Source: Candidatus Limnocylindrales bacterium
GTDB lineage: Bacteria; Chloroflexota; Limnocylindria; Limnocylindrales; CSP1-4
NCBI GenBank assembly: GCA_038230295.1
Contig: JBBRNM010000006.1
Location: forward strand, 1 to 59,944
Length of the DNA: 59,944 bases
Direction of reading: 5' to 3'
Under the pieces are notes generated by a model. It did not search any database. It was not told the origin of the DNA and worked only from the letters and a program-made list of their open reading frames with translations. Below are positions 39,420 to 49,603 of the stretch, in pieces. The translations under genes and the position numbers were made by a program. The stretch's first letter is position 1; the number at the start of each line of letters is the position of its first letter.

Positions 39420-41189
39420 CTAGACCGCGACGGGTTCGCGGTACTCGCCGAAGACGCCGCGCAGGACGTCGCACTGCTCTCCGAGGGTCGCGTAGGCCGC
39501 CGCACAGCGGACGAAGTGTGGCATGAGGTTCGTCTCGCTCGTGCCGGCCCGCCCGGCGGCCTCGCGCAACCCGCGCAGGGCCGCCTCGACCTCGCCGGCG
39601 TCCCGTTCGCGGCGGGCCTTCTCGAGCCGCGCCATGTGCCGCTCGAACGATCCCGGCGGCACCTGCAGGACGGGGACGCTCGTGACCTCGCCCTCGTCGA
39701 CGTAGGCGTTCACGCCGACGATGCGGCGATCGCCAACGTCGAGGGCCCGCTGGAAGCGATACGCGGCGTCGGCGATCTCGCGCTGCGGGTAGCCCTCGCC
39801 GATCGCCTTGACCATGCCGCCGCGGCGGTCGATCTCGTCGAGGTAGCGCCACACCTGGCGCTCGACCTCGTTGGTCAGGGATTCCACGAACCATGAGCCG
39901 CCGAGCGGGTCGACCGTGCCGGTGACGCCGGTCTCCTCGGCGATGATCTGCTGCTGCCGGAGGGCAAGGAGCGCGGCCTCGGCCGTGGGGACCGCCAGGG
40001 CCTCGTCGTAGGCATCCGTGTGCAGGGACTGGGTGCCGCCAAGGACGGCCGCGAGGGCCTGGACCGCAACCCGCGTCAGGTTGTTCAGGGGCTGCTGGGG
40101 CGCGAGCGACACGCCTGCCGTCTGGGTGTGGAAGCGCATCCAGGTCGAGCGCTCGTTCTCCGCGCGGTAGCGCTGCGTCATGAGCTTCCACCAGATCCGG
40201 CGCGCGGCCCGGAACTTCGCGATCTCCTCGAAGAAGTCGCTGTGGGAGTTGAAGAAGAAGCTCAGCCGGGGGGCGAAGTCATCCACCCGAAGGCCCCGAC
40301 CGAGGGCATCCTCGACGTAGGCCATCCCGTCGGCGATCGTGAAGGCGAGCTCCTGGACGGCGGTCGAGCCGGCCTCGCGGATGTGGTAGCCGGAGATCGA
40401 GATCGTGTTCCAGCGTGGCAGCTCCTTCGTCCCGAACTCGATCGTGTCGGTCACGAGCCGCATCGAAGGCTCGGGTGGGAAGAGGAACTCCTTCTGGGCC
40501 ACGAACTCCTTGAGGATGTCGTTCTGGGTCGTCCCCTCCAGCGAGGCCCGTGGGAAGCCGGCCTTCTCGGCGGCCACGATGTACATCGCCCAGATCGGCG
40601 CGGCCGGTGAGTTGATCGTCATCGAGGTGGACACGCGATCGAGCGGCAGTCCGCCGAGCAGGACCTCCATGTCTGCGAGCGACGAGACGGCGACGCCGCA
40701 AGTGCCGAACTCGCCCTCTGCCTCGGGCTGGTCGGTGTCGTAGCCGTACAGGGTTGGCATGTCGTAGGCGATCGAGAGACCAGTCTGGCCGGCTGCGAGC
40801 AGCTGCCGGAAGCGGGCGTTCGTGTCCTCCGCCGCCCCGAAGCCGGCAAACATCCGCATCGTCCAGAGCCGCGACCGGTAGCCGCTCGGGTGGATCCCGC
40901 GGGTGAACGGGGCCTCGCCGGGGAAGCCGACGTCGCGAAGCGCGTCGAAGTCGTCCCAGCGGCCCGCCGGCAGCGAGTCGCCATGGTGATCGACGGCGGT
41001 CGGCCCGCCGGCCCCGGCTGGATGCGAGGCGTCGCCGGACCACGACCAGGGGCCGTAGAGCGGGCCGAGCTCGATCTCGCCCATGGTCGTCGTGTGCTTC
41101 GCTCGTTCGGGCGCGCGAGCGAGCGCTGGATCGAGGCGCTCGACCTTCCAGGCCTTCCGCCGCGCCGCCCAGTCGGATCGGTCGGTCAT
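39420..41189 (-). CDS. B12-dependent acyl-CoA mutase large subunit, isobutyryl-CoA mutase-like
   Basis: [55 protein letters not shown]. Confidence 0.93.
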   Translation of the reverse strand: MTDRSDWAARRKAWKVERLDPALARAPERAKHTTTMGEIELGPLYGPWSWSGDASHPAGAGGPTAVDHHGDSLPAGRWDDFDALRDVGFPGEAPFTRGIHPSGYRSRLWTMRMFAGFGAAEDTNARFRQLLAAGQTGLSIAYDMPTLYGYDTDQPEAEGEFGTCGVAVSSLADMEVLLGGLPLDRVSTSMTINSPAAPIWAMYIVAAEKAGFPRASLEGTTQNDILKEFVAQKEFLFPPEPSMRLVTDTIEFGTKELPRWNTISISGYHIREAGSTAVQELAFTIADGMAYVEDALGRGLRVDDFAPRLSFFFNSHSDFFEEIAKFRAARRIWWKLMTQRYRAENERSTWMRFHTQTAGVSLAPQQPLNNLTRVAVQALAAVLGGTQSLHTDAYDEALAVPTAEAALLALRQQQIIAEETGVTGTVDPLGGSWFVESLTNEVERQVWRYLDEIDRRGGMVKAIGEGYPQREIADAAYRFQRALDVGDRRIVGVNAYVDEGEVTSVPVLQVPPGSFERHMARLEKARRERDAGEVEAALRGLREAAGRAGTSETNLMPHFVRCAAAYATLGEQCDVLRGVFGEYREPVAV

Positions 41190-41206
41190 GCGGGCGACGG
41201 TACCAC

Positions 41207-41836
41207 CTAAAGTGCGGCGACCGCCGCGACGGCCGCGGCGATCTCGGCGTCATGGGCGGTCTTCGATGCGCCTGGATCGACTGCCGTGGCGACGATCACG
41301 ACCCGTACGAGCGGTCCGTCCTGCCAGACGACGACGCTCTGGAAGGAGAGGTCGTTGAGGGCGTCGATCCGGAAGGTCTCCCCGACCCGGTCGAAGGTCG
41401 GGCGGCTCGTCTCGATGTTGCCGGTTTTCTTGCCCGTGACGGCGCCGAATCCGTAGAACTCCTCGGCCCAGGCAACCGGCAGCGTGCCGCTCGGTAGTCC
41501 GAGGACTGCGATCGATATGCCCGCATCGCTGCCGCCGCTCCAGACTGCGCCGGCAAACCGAAGGTCCGTCACGCCGTGCGACGTCAGCGATCCGAGCGCA
41601 CTGTCGGAGCACTTCCGTCCCGAATCGAGCGACGTTGGTGCTCGTCCCTCCAGCGAGCGAGGGACGAGGGCCTCGAGATCTGGGAACGTCCCGGGCGCGC
41701 GGCCTTCCGCGAGGCACGGCCCGGTTGGCGAGAACGTGCCGCCGCCCAGTCCGCAGGCGGCGACGGTCAGCGCAAGGACCACTCCCGAAAGCAGGGCACC
41801 GGCGCGCGGGCGCGGTTGCCGAGCGCGCCGAGCCAC
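41207..41836 (-). CDS. Hypothetical lipoprotein
   Basis: Basic N-terminus, hydrophobic stretch and lipobox VAAC; start approximate. Confidence 0.7.
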   Translation of the reverse strand: MARRARQPRPRAGALLSGVVLALTVAACGLGGGTFSPTGPCLAEGRAPGTFPDLEALVPRSLEGRAPTSLDSGRKCSDSALGSLTSHGVTDLRFAGAVWSGGSDAGISIAVLGLPSGTLPVAWAEEFYGFGAVTGKKTGNIETSRPTFDRVGETFRIDALNDLSFQSVVVWQDGPLVRVVIVATAVDPGASKTAHDAEIAAAVAAVAAL

Positions 41837-41847
41837 CAGTCGGGGCG

Positions 41848-42510
41848 TCAGACCGGCACGGGCCGGGGCCGCCGCGGGACCGACCGCCGATCCAGGTCCT
41901 CCTGGATCACGCGAGCAGCCGCGAGCAGGTCCGGGTCGCGCGAGATCGTCTTCGCGAGCCAGTCGATGTAGCTCGGCTCGAAGTTGGCGACTTCGGAGAG
42001 GGTGTGGCCGTGGAACTTGCCGAACTCGATGATGCGGGCTGCGGCATCCTCGAAGGACGGCGGCTCCGGCGGCTTGTAGCCGCGACGGAGGCCCCGTGCG
42101 AGCGGGCCCGTCGGCTGCGAGGCACGCAGGGGCTCGCGACCGAGACGATCCACGCGCAAGGGTGCCGGCGCGGTGTGCCGGTGCGTTGGACCCATCGTCG
42201 CATTCCGGGGTCGGAAGGTCGCCGAAGTGTCCACCCGGCCGGTCACCGGGCGGGTTGGACGCTCGCGGGGCGGGCCGCCGCGAGTCGAGGCCGGGCCAGC
42301 CGCGTCGCGCCCGGGACTCCCGATCCGGAGCTGCTCGTAGGCCTGGTTGATCTCGGCCATCCGGCGGGTCGCGAGGCGGGCCGCGGTCGGATCGCCCGCC
42401 GTCAGGTCCGGATGATGCTCGCGCGCGAGCTTTCGCCAGGCGGCCTTGATCGTCGACTGCGAGGCATTCCGGGAGACGCCAAGGACGTCGTGGGGTTCGC
42501 GTTTCGGCAC
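41848..42510 (-). CDS. J-domain protein with a C-terminal FGKxxG...Y..WL domain
   Basis: PHDVLGV...IKAAWRKLAREHHPD...EINQAYEQL; C-terminal IEFGKFHGHTLSEVANFEPSYIDWL. Confidence 0.88.
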   Translation of the reverse strand: MPKREPHDVLGVSRNASQSTIKAAWRKLAREHHPDLTAGDPTAARLATRRMAEINQAYEQLRIGSPGRDAAGPASTRGGPPRERPTRPVTGRVDTSATFRPRNATMGPTHRHTAPAPLRVDRLGREPLRASQPTGPLARGLRRGYKPPEPPSFEDAAARIIEFGKFHGHTLSEVANFEPSYIDWLAKTISRDPDLLAAARVIQEDLDRRSVPRRPRPVPV

Positions 42511-42572
42511 GCTCCGAGTGTATCGACCCGGGCTCGCTTGACAGCCGGCGGCCCCGGGCGTCCCCTGTGGCC

Positions 42573-43646
42573 ATGACGACTCGACGGCCGGGCCGCCGCG
42601 CGGGACTCACCGCGGCGCTCGCGCTGACCCCGATCGCGGCGTGGCGTTTCGCGCACGCCTATCGGGCGCGGGCCGGGTATCCGCGGCAGCACCTCCCGAC
42701 CGCGGATCCAGGCGCGCTCGGCCTTGCCTTCGAGACCGTGGTCGTCCCATCGCCGGAGACGGACGGGCTTCCGGCGTGGTTCATTCCGGCGGCAGCGGGC
42801 GGCCCGGCGCCGGCGGTCCTGCTCATCCACGGCTGGGAATCGGCGCGCGACCGGACGCTGCCGAACGCCCTGGTCCTGCATGCGGCGGGCTTCCACGTCC
42901 TCACCCTCGACGTTCGAGCCCACGGCGCGAACCCACCCGAGCTCCTGCCGCTCACGGCCGGCGAGTTCGGCGCCGACGCGCTCGCGGGCGTCCGCTACCT
43001 GCTGGACCGCGCGGACGTCACGTCGATCGCGATCCTCGGTCACTCAATGGGCGGGATCGGCGCCCTCCTGGCCGCCGCCGCGGAGCCGCGCGTCGGGGCC
43101 GTTGTCGCGATCTCCACGCCAGCCGATCCCTACCGTCTCACCCGCCAGACCTTCCACCTGGCGAACCTGCCGCTGCCGGACGTCATCGCCTACCCGCTTG
43201 CGTGGCTGACCACCCGAGTCTTTCTCGCCCCGCGCGGGCACGACGTGCGCTCCGTCTCGGCGAGCGAGGCGGTCGCGCAGTACGAGGGTCCGATGCTCCT
43301 CGTCCACGGGACGGACGATCGAGTCGTCCCCTACGCCCACATGGCGCGGCTCGCCCGACGGGCTCGCTCCGCTCGAGCAGGCGACCCTGCGGCACAACCT
43401 GTCGAGACCCTGACGATTCCCGGCGGACATCACAGCTGGCTCTTCGAGGCGCCGGCGTACCGGGCGGCGATCGGTGGATTCCTGGCCCGCGCCCTCGGCG
43501 GGCCACTCACGCCGGAGGAAGCCGCGGCACGCGCCGAGGCCGTGCCGGCGGTCAGGATGCCCGACATCGGCCCGACGGGCTTCTCGGCGATGGACGACGA
43601 GCCCGGCGGAGTCCGGACGCTTGTCCGCGCGATTCGCGACGCCTGA
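42573..43646 (+). CDS. Alpha/beta hydrolase
   Basis: LIHGW, GHSMGG, LVHGTDDRVVP, GGHH; TTGACA-N17-TCCCCT-N6-ATG upstream. Confidence 0.92.
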   Translation: MTTRRPGRRAGLTAALALTPIAAWRFAHAYRARAGYPRQHLPTADPGALGLAFETVVVPSPETDGLPAWFIPAAAGGPAPAVLLIHGWESARDRTLPNALVLHAAGFHVLTLDVRAHGANPPELLPLTAGEFGADALAGVRYLLDRADVTSIAILGHSMGGIGALLAAAAEPRVGAVVAISTPADPYRLTRQTFHLANLPLPDVIAYPLAWLTTRVFLAPRGHDVRSVSASEAVAQYEGPMLLVHGTDDRVVPYAHMARLARRARSARAGDPAAQPVETLTIPGGHHSWLFEAPAYRAAIGGFLARALGGPLTPEEAAARAEAVPAVRMPDIGPTGFSAMDDEPGGVRTLVRAIRDA

Positions 43647-43667
43647 CGGACCGGACGCCTCACGACG

Positions 43668-44189
43668 GTGGATACCTGGACCGCGATCCGGATGAAGCGG
43701 ATGGTTCGCACCTTCGAGGCGCGGCCGCTCGGCCCGGAGCATCTCGAACGAATCCTCGACGCCGGCCGCCATGCAGGCAGCTCGAAGAACCTCCAGCGCT
43801 GGGACTTCATCGTGGTGGACGACCGCGACCACCTGCGCGCGCTCGCGGCGGTGGGCCCGTATGCCGGACACCTGGCCGGGGCAGCTGTGGCGGTCGCGCT
43901 CGTCACGCCGGATCCGTCGCTGCCAGGCAGCGCCCTGTCGATCACGTGGGACCTGGGCGTCGCGGCCCAGAACATGATGCTGGCGGCCTGGGAGCTCGGG
44001 ATCGGCAGCTGCCCGGCCACGGTCTACGAGCAGGCACTCGCGCGGGAGCTGCTCGGCTACCCGGAGGACCGGGCCTGCGAGTACCTCATCTCGTTCGGCT
44101 ACCCGGCGAACCCGGAGGACCTCACTCGTCCGCTGCGCCAAGGAGGTCGTCGACGGCTGGCGGAACTGATCCATCTGGATCGATGGTGA
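43668..44189 (+). CDS. Nitroreductase family protein
   Basis: RMVRTF, AGSSKNLQRWDF, DLGVAAQNMMLAAWELGIGSC, FGYP. Confidence 0.93.
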   Translation: MDTWTAIRMKRMVRTFEARPLGPEHLERILDAGRHAGSSKNLQRWDFIVVDDRDHLRALAAVGPYAGHLAGAAVAVALVTPDPSLPGSALSITWDLGVAAQNMMLAAWELGIGSCPATVYEQALARELLGYPEDRACEYLISFGYPANPEDLTRPLRQGGRRRLAELIHLDRW

Positions 44190-45400
44190 CGTCGGTCTCC
44201 GGGGCGGGAGCGCCTTCCTCGAGGTAGTTCGCGATCGCGGCGTCGAGGCCGACGTCGTGGCCGACGTGCTCCGAGAGCAGCCACTTCCGTTCGAGGACGT
44301 CGCAGTGCGCCTGGAGCGGATCCCGCATCGGGCCGATCACGGGCGCGAGCTTCCGGAGCGCCGGCTCGAGGACCTCCGACCGCCAGACCTGCGCGCCGCG
44401 GGCCTCTGGCACGCTCTTGCCCGCGGTCGCCTCGAGCCAGGCCACGTGCTCGCGCAGGTCGTTGAGGAGCAACCGGGCCTGGCCCTCGAGGGCGCGAATC
44501 CCCGTCAGCCGCTCGAGCTCGTGCGCATGGAAGTCGCGGTTCGTCGTCGTCACGCGGAGGCGGACGCGTGATCCCTCCGCGGATGGGATGACCTCATCTC
44601 GTCGACGGCGAAACCGAGGTCGTTGAGGCGTCGCAGGTGCCCCCGGATCGCGTGTCGATCGCCCGCGGCAGCTCAGGCTCGAGGTGCAGCTCCGCCCAGA
44701 TCGCCTCGTACCGGTCGCGGACGCTCTCGGCGGCCTCGATGGCGTCGTCGAGACCCTCCGGCCGGTTCTGGACGACCGCGACCTCGGCCAGCCCGTAGCC
44801 GACGTTCTCGACGAGGATCTCGAGATCGAAGCGGCGCTGGCCATCCGATAGGGCCTGGTGGACCTCGCTCGTCTCGGCATCGACGAGGAATGCCTGGATG
44901 CGGTCGCCGTCGCGCCGGAACAGCGTGTTCGAGAGCGAGCAGTCGCCCCAGTACACGCCGCCGCGGTGAAGGTCCACGAGCAGCCAGGCCATCGCGTCGA
45001 GGAGACGGTCGCGGTACGCCCCCGGGCCGAGCGGGAAGCGGAGGAGCAGGCGGCGGAACTGGAGGGAGTGACGGAGGTACTCAGTCACCACGATTGCCGA
45101 CGCGCCGGGCGGTCGAATGAGGCCGACCGGCGTCACCACGGGCAACCCAACGTGCTCGAGGTGGTTGAGGACCTCGTACTCCCGCTCGGCGGTCTTCTTG
45201 GGCTCCTCCTTGAACGCGAGCAGGGCGCCGTCGACGACGAGGAACCGCACGAGGTGGCGCGACGGTCCGACCGCGAGGTCCCGGAATCCGAGGTTCGCCG
45301 GCCATTCCGCGAGCGGCAGCTCCCACGGCAGGTCGAGCAGCCCGCCGGTTCGTCGCAGCCGCATGAGCGGCGCGGACGGTAGCGGCGCCTCGCCGGTCAC
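44122..45400 (-). pseudogene. DUF4032 / LPS-kinase-like protein broken by two frameshifts
   Basis: LDLPW, SRHLVRF, LHRGGVYWGDCSLSNTLFRRD, VDAET; the reading continues ...GDRHAIRGHLRRLNDLGFAVDE and then EVIPSAEG...VLERKWLLSE only with shifts near 44668 and 44596. Confidence 0.8.
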
Positions 45401-45894
45401 GACGGCCTCGGGTCGGTGTCGAGGACGACGGTCGACGGCTCGCCGGACCGAGCCCCGGTGAAGTGCCGGCCGCGCCCGAGCGGTCCACCGGCCGGGATGC
45501 CGAAGGCGCCGGGTGCCGGCCGGGCGCCTGACCGGACCGTGACAAAGATCGCCCCGATGCCCTCGCCGTGCCGAGCCAGGAATGCAGCGAGGCGGCCTTC
45601 GGTGTCGGGCTCGAGGACCACCACAATTGGTTCGCCGGCTGCACCGGATCGAGAAACCGCCGCGCGAGCCCCGAGGAGCGCGTCCCTTGGCGCCTCGGTC
45701 CACGAGCCGCCGTCGCCGATCGCATCGCCCAGCTCCCGCTCGGCACGTTCCAGGTCGACGGTCGCCCAACCGATCCCGACCAGGTGGGCCTCCTCGACGC
45801 CCGGGCTGTCGTGCCCGAAATCGGCGAGGAGGGCCTCTCCGGCCGCAACAAGCTCTTTCCAGGCTTCGGCCCTGCGGCGTTCTGGATCGCTCAT
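45397..45894 (-). CDS. VOC/glyoxalase-like protein (divergent)
   Basis: IGWATVDLERA...VLEP..EGRLAAFLARHGEGI resembles epimerase/VOC motifs; metal ligands not evident; coupled on both sides. Confidence 0.6.
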   Translation of the reverse strand: MSDPERRRAEAWKELVAAGEALLADFGHDSPGVEEAHLVGIGWATVDLERAERELGDAIGDGGSWTEAPRDALLGARAAVSRSGAAGEPIVVVLEPDTEGRLAAFLARHGEGIGAIFVTVRSGARPAPGAFGIPAGGPLGRGRHFTGARSGEPSTVVLDTDPRPS

Positions 45895-46736
45895 TGCAGT
45901 AACAGGTCCGGAACCGCATCGCCGATCACAGCGAAGCCAAGGCCCTCGTAGAACCGTCGCGCCGGCTCGTTGTCCAGCTCGACCGCGAGATGGACGAACG
46001 TGGTGCCGGCCTCGAGCGCGTCGGCGACGGTCAGCGCCGTGACCAGGGACCCGAGACCGCGCCCGCGGCGGTCGGGCCGCGTACCGATCGACGACAGGTA
46101 GGTGCCATCGGCAATGGTCGCCCGCCGGGCAACCGCGACGGCGTCGCCGTCGTCGCGCGCAATGAGGATCGAGCAGCCGCTCCGAGCCGCGCAGGCGAGG
46201 ACATCCGTCTCGAGGGAAACTCGCCTGAGGGGATCGATGGCGAACGCGGCCGCGAGCACGGCTGCGGCATCGGTCGCCCATCCCGGACCGATCTGCGACG
46301 CGCCGTCGGGATGGCGCTCGATCACGAGCCGCCCGGCGGCGCGCGCCTTCCAGGCCGTGACCACGTCACGGCACGGCGCGGGATCAGCCAGGACCATCCG
46401 CCGGTCGGCACCCACGCGGTGAAATCCCGCCCCCACGAGGCGCTCGACGATGTCTGGAGGCTCATTGCCAACCGGCAACGGCCGTACGTGGGGCGCACGA
46501 TCGAGCGTCGCGAACAGCGTGATGACCTCGTCGAGGCGGCGATCGAATTGTTCCCGAGCCGCGGGCCAGCGGGGGGCGACCAGCCGGTTCCAGAAGGGCT
46601 CCGGGTCCGCGGGATCGTGGAGCAGCCAGCCATCACCGAGGTCCCGCAGCTCGCGGCCGAGGGAGAGCTGCGCGCGCGCCTCGTGAACGAGGAGCCGTCG
46701 CGCCAGCGCCGGGTCGTTGAGCGTCGGCTCGGCCAC
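45891..46736 (-). CDS. GNAT family N-acetyltransferase
   Basis: IGTRPDRRGRGLG, NEPARRFYEGLGF; TATCGT 6 nt before the GTG. Confidence 0.9.
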   Translation of the reverse strand: MAEPTLNDPALARRLLVHEARAQLSLGRELRDLGDGWLLHDPADPEPFWNRLVAPRWPAAREQFDRRLDEVITLFATLDRAPHVRPLPVGNEPPDIVERLVGAGFHRVGADRRMVLADPAPCRDVVTAWKARAAGRLVIERHPDGASQIGPGWATDAAAVLAAAFAIDPLRRVSLETDVLACAARSGCSILIARDDGDAVAVARRATIADGTYLSSIGTRPDRRGRGLGSLVTALTVADALEAGTTFVHLAVELDNEPARRFYEGLGFAVIGDAVPDLLLQ

Positions 46737-46857
46737 GCCCGAACGATAGCGCGCGCCCGGACGATGACGCGGGACACCGCGGCCGGCCGCCATCGCCTGG
46801 GACGGGACCCGGGCCCCGAGCCGTAATAACCGGCTACATCGTGGTAGCATGTCGGAG

Positions 46858-48918
46858 ATGCAGACGCTCGCCCGACCCATCGGCCTCGGGCTCGCCGCGC
46901 GAGGCGACCCGGCGGATGCCGTGGAGTGGGCGCGCCGCGCCCGTGATGCCGGCCTCGAGTCGGTCTGGACGCACGACTCGTACTTCGAGCGCGATGCGGT
47001 CACCTTCTCGACGGTCATCGCCCAGGCCATCGCTGCCGACGGTGGTGACCCCGGATTTCGGGTGGCCCTCGGCGCCCTGAACCCGTACACCCGCCATCCC
47101 GTTGTCCTCGCGATGACCGGCGCCGCGCTCGACGAGATCCTGCCCGGCCAGATCGTCATGGGTCTCGGGACGGGCCTGCCGCTCCGGCTCAAACAGATGG
47201 GCATCCCCTACGACCCCGCCACGGCCGTGGGCCGCGTGTCTGAGGCGATCGACCAGGTCCGCGTCCTGTGGGCTGGCGAGCGCCTGCCGTCCTCGACCCC
47301 GGGCCTGCCGCCGATCCAGCCGATGTTCGCGCCGACCCACCGAATCCCGATTTCGATCGCCGCGTATCGCAAGGAGTTCGTCGCGCTGGCCGGCCAGAAG
47401 GCCGACGGCTATCTCGCCCGGCCTGCGGAGTCGATCCCATCGCTGCGCGGGATCCTCGAGCGGCTGCGGACAGCCGCGACCGAAGCGGGCCGCGACCCGG
47501 ACTCGATCGAGACGGCCGGCTACCTGCTCTCCCTGGTCGACCGAACGCGGCGCGAGGCGCTGAACCGGGCGAAGCGCGAGCCCTTCGTGATCTACATGAT
47601 GTCGGTCCTGTCGGACATCTCCCTCGGCCGAGCGGGCTTCGAGCCGGAGCTACGCGACCGGATCGCGACGGCCTGGCGGGCCGAGGACTACACGACCGCC
47701 GGCAACCTCATCCCCGACGAGCTGCTCGACGCGTTCATGCTGTGCGGGACCCGCGAAGACGTCGCCACGAAGGCGATGGCGTTCCACGTCGACGCCGGCC
47801 TTGGCCTGCCCCTCCTCCAGCCGGTCCTCCAGGAGGACGCCCAGGTCGACGCGCTGCTCGCCGCGGCGACGCTCTATGCCGAGGCTCCCGAGCCGGTGCG
47901 CGAAGGTGCCACGGACCGGCGAGCGACGACGATGGCCGAGGTGCGGGCACCGAAGGCGGGTGCGCTCGCGGGCGCCCTCGCCGACGATCGACGCCTTGGA
48001 CGGGTCGAAGCCGGGCGACGCCGGCTCGGGGCGACCTGGGAGATCTTGCGGCCCTTCGCCTACACCGCCTCGGTGATCCCGGTCCTCGCCGGCGCGGCCC
48101 TCGCCTACGTCCACGGCGGCTTCACCTTCCTGCCGTTCCTCGCTGCGCTGGCCGGCGCGATCCTGCTCCACTCCGGGACGAACATCGTCAACGAGGTCTA
48201 CGACGTCCGCCAGGGCATCGACACGATCATTTCGCCGCGGGCCAGCCACGCGATCGTCAAGGGCCGCCTGACCGAGCATGCCGCGCTCATCACCGCCGTG
48301 ATCGCGTTCTCGATCGCGGTGGCCGTCGGGGTGTACCTCGTCCTGCTTCGTGGGCCGGCGATCGTCGTCCTCGGCCTGATCGGCCTGGTTGGCGGCTGGG
48401 GCTATACGGCGCCACCGCTCCAGTACAAGTACCGCGCCCTCGGCGTGCCCCTGGTATTCCTGCTGATGGGTCCGCTGATGGTCGTCGGGACGTACTTCGC
48501 GGTGACCGGCGATTGGAGCTTCGACGCCCTCTTCCTGTCTGTGCCCGTGGGTCTCCTCGTCGCGGCGATCCTCCACGGCAACGAGTGGCGGGACATCGGT
48601 GAGGACACCCGTGCCGGGATCGTGACGCTGTCGTCGCGGCTCGGAAAGGAATGGGCTCACTACGGCTACGTCGGGCTCGTCCTGGGGGCCTACGTGACCC
48701 TCGGTCTCGCCGTCGCGTTCCGGCTCCTGCCGCCGGCGACGCTCCTCGCGATCCTGTCGCTGCCGTTCCTCGCCCAGGTGGTCCGCTCCGCCGAGCTCGG
48801 CGCCAGCGGCCAGACGCGGGCGATTGCGATGATCGACCTCCAGACGGCCCGCCTGCACCTCGCGTTCGGTGCGCTGCTCGTGCTGGGCGTCCTGCTTTCG
48901 GGCGTCCTGCGTGGCTGA
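46858..48918 (+). CDS. Fusion: LLM-class flavin/F420-dependent oxidoreductase + MenA/UbiA prenyltransferase
   Basis: N-half ESVWTHDSYFERD, NPYTRHP, GLGTG, LAGQKADG; C-half LRP..ASVIP, NIVNEVYDVRQGID, YTAPP..YKY, NEWRDIGEDTRAG..TL and multiple TM helices; one uninterrupted frame. Confidence 0.88.
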   Translation: MQTLARPIGLGLAARGDPADAVEWARRARDAGLESVWTHDSYFERDAVTFSTVIAQAIAADGGDPGFRVALGALNPYTRHPVVLAMTGAALDEILPGQIVMGLGTGLPLRLKQMGIPYDPATAVGRVSEAIDQVRVLWAGERLPSSTPGLPPIQPMFAPTHRIPISIAAYRKEFVALAGQKADGYLARPAESIPSLRGILERLRTAATEAGRDPDSIETAGYLLSLVDRTRREALNRAKREPFVIYMMSVLSDISLGRAGFEPELRDRIATAWRAEDYTTAGNLIPDELLDAFMLCGTREDVATKAMAFHVDAGLGLPLLQPVLQEDAQVDALLAAATLYAEAPEPVREGATDRRATTMAEVRAPKAGALAGALADDRRLGRVEAGRRRLGATWEILRPFAYTASVIPVLAGAALAYVHGGFTFLPFLAALAGAILLHSGTNIVNEVYDVRQGIDTIISPRASHAIVKGRLTEHAALITAVIAFSIAVAVGVYLVLLRGPAIVVLGLIGLVGGWGYTAPPLQYKYRALGVPLVFLLMGPLMVVGTYFAVTGDWSFDALFLSVPVGLLVAAILHGNEWRDIGEDTRAGIVTLSSRLGKEWAHYGYVGLVLGAYVTLGLAVAFRLLPPATLLAILSLPFLAQVVRSAELGASGQTRAIAMIDLQTARLHLAFGALLVLGVLLSGVLRG

Positions 48919-49603
48919 GGCGGCTCTGGACGCGGGGCTCGGCGCGGACGGCGCCGACGGCCCGGGCAGGATCGCCCTCGCCGTCGCCCTTGCGGCGGCC
49001 GGCGGCGCATTCGGCGCAACGTTCCGCGGTCCTCGGGAGCGGTTCTGGTCGCGGATGACCCTGACCGGGATCGGGCTCGGGAGCCTCGCAATCGCGACGT
49101 CAAGGCCGGCGCGGCGAGCGCGGCTCCGTTGGTGGCACCTGCCGATCGGACTGGCCTCCGCGGCCGTCCTGTACGTGACGTTCCAGCTCGGCGACCGCTT
49201 CGCGCGTCGGTTCGTGCCGAGCGGCGACCGCGAGATCCGCGAGATCTACGACCTGCGGACGCTCCGACCGCGGGAGGAGATCGCGACGCGCCTCGCGACG
49301 ATCATCGGGCCCGCCGAGGAGCTGTTCTGGCGCGGGCTCGTACAGTCGGCACTGATGCGCCGCTATGGCCGCTGGACGGGCGCGGCTCTCGCGGCCGCGG
49401 CATACGGCGGCGTGCACGTGGTGTCGGGCAACTTCACCTTGCTGGGCGCAGCGGGGATCGCCGGTGCCCACTGGTCGGCGCTGTATGCGGCCGGCGTGCC
49501 GCTCGGCGCCCTGATCGTGAGCCACGTCGCCTGGGACGTCTGGATCTTCCTTGTCCAGCCGACGGGCGAGATCGAGCTTGTCCCCTACGGTGCGGCCAGG
49601 TAG
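48911..49603 (+). CDS. CPBP/CAAX (Rce1-like) intramembrane glutamic endopeptidase
   Basis: GPAEELFWRG, YGGVH, IVSHVAWD; overlaps the stop of the fusion gene. Confidence 0.92.
   Translation: MAEAALDAGLGADGADGPGRIALAVALAAAGGAFGATFRGPRERFWSRMTLTGIGLGSLAIATSRPARRARLRWWHLPIGLASAAVLYVTFQLGDRFARRFVPSGDREIREIYDLRTLRPREEIATRLATIIGPAEELFWRGLVQSALMRRYGRWTGAALAAAAYGGVHVVSGNFTLLGAAGIAGAHWSALYAAGVPLGALIVSHVAWDVWIFLVQPTGEIELVPYGAAR

Noticed and set aside
44122-44189. Convergent 3' overlaps (nitroreductase/DUF4032, 68 bp; also EamA/GMC at 52315-52355) as antisense regulation
   Set aside because: Short tail overlaps are common in GC-rich genomes where stop codons are rare.
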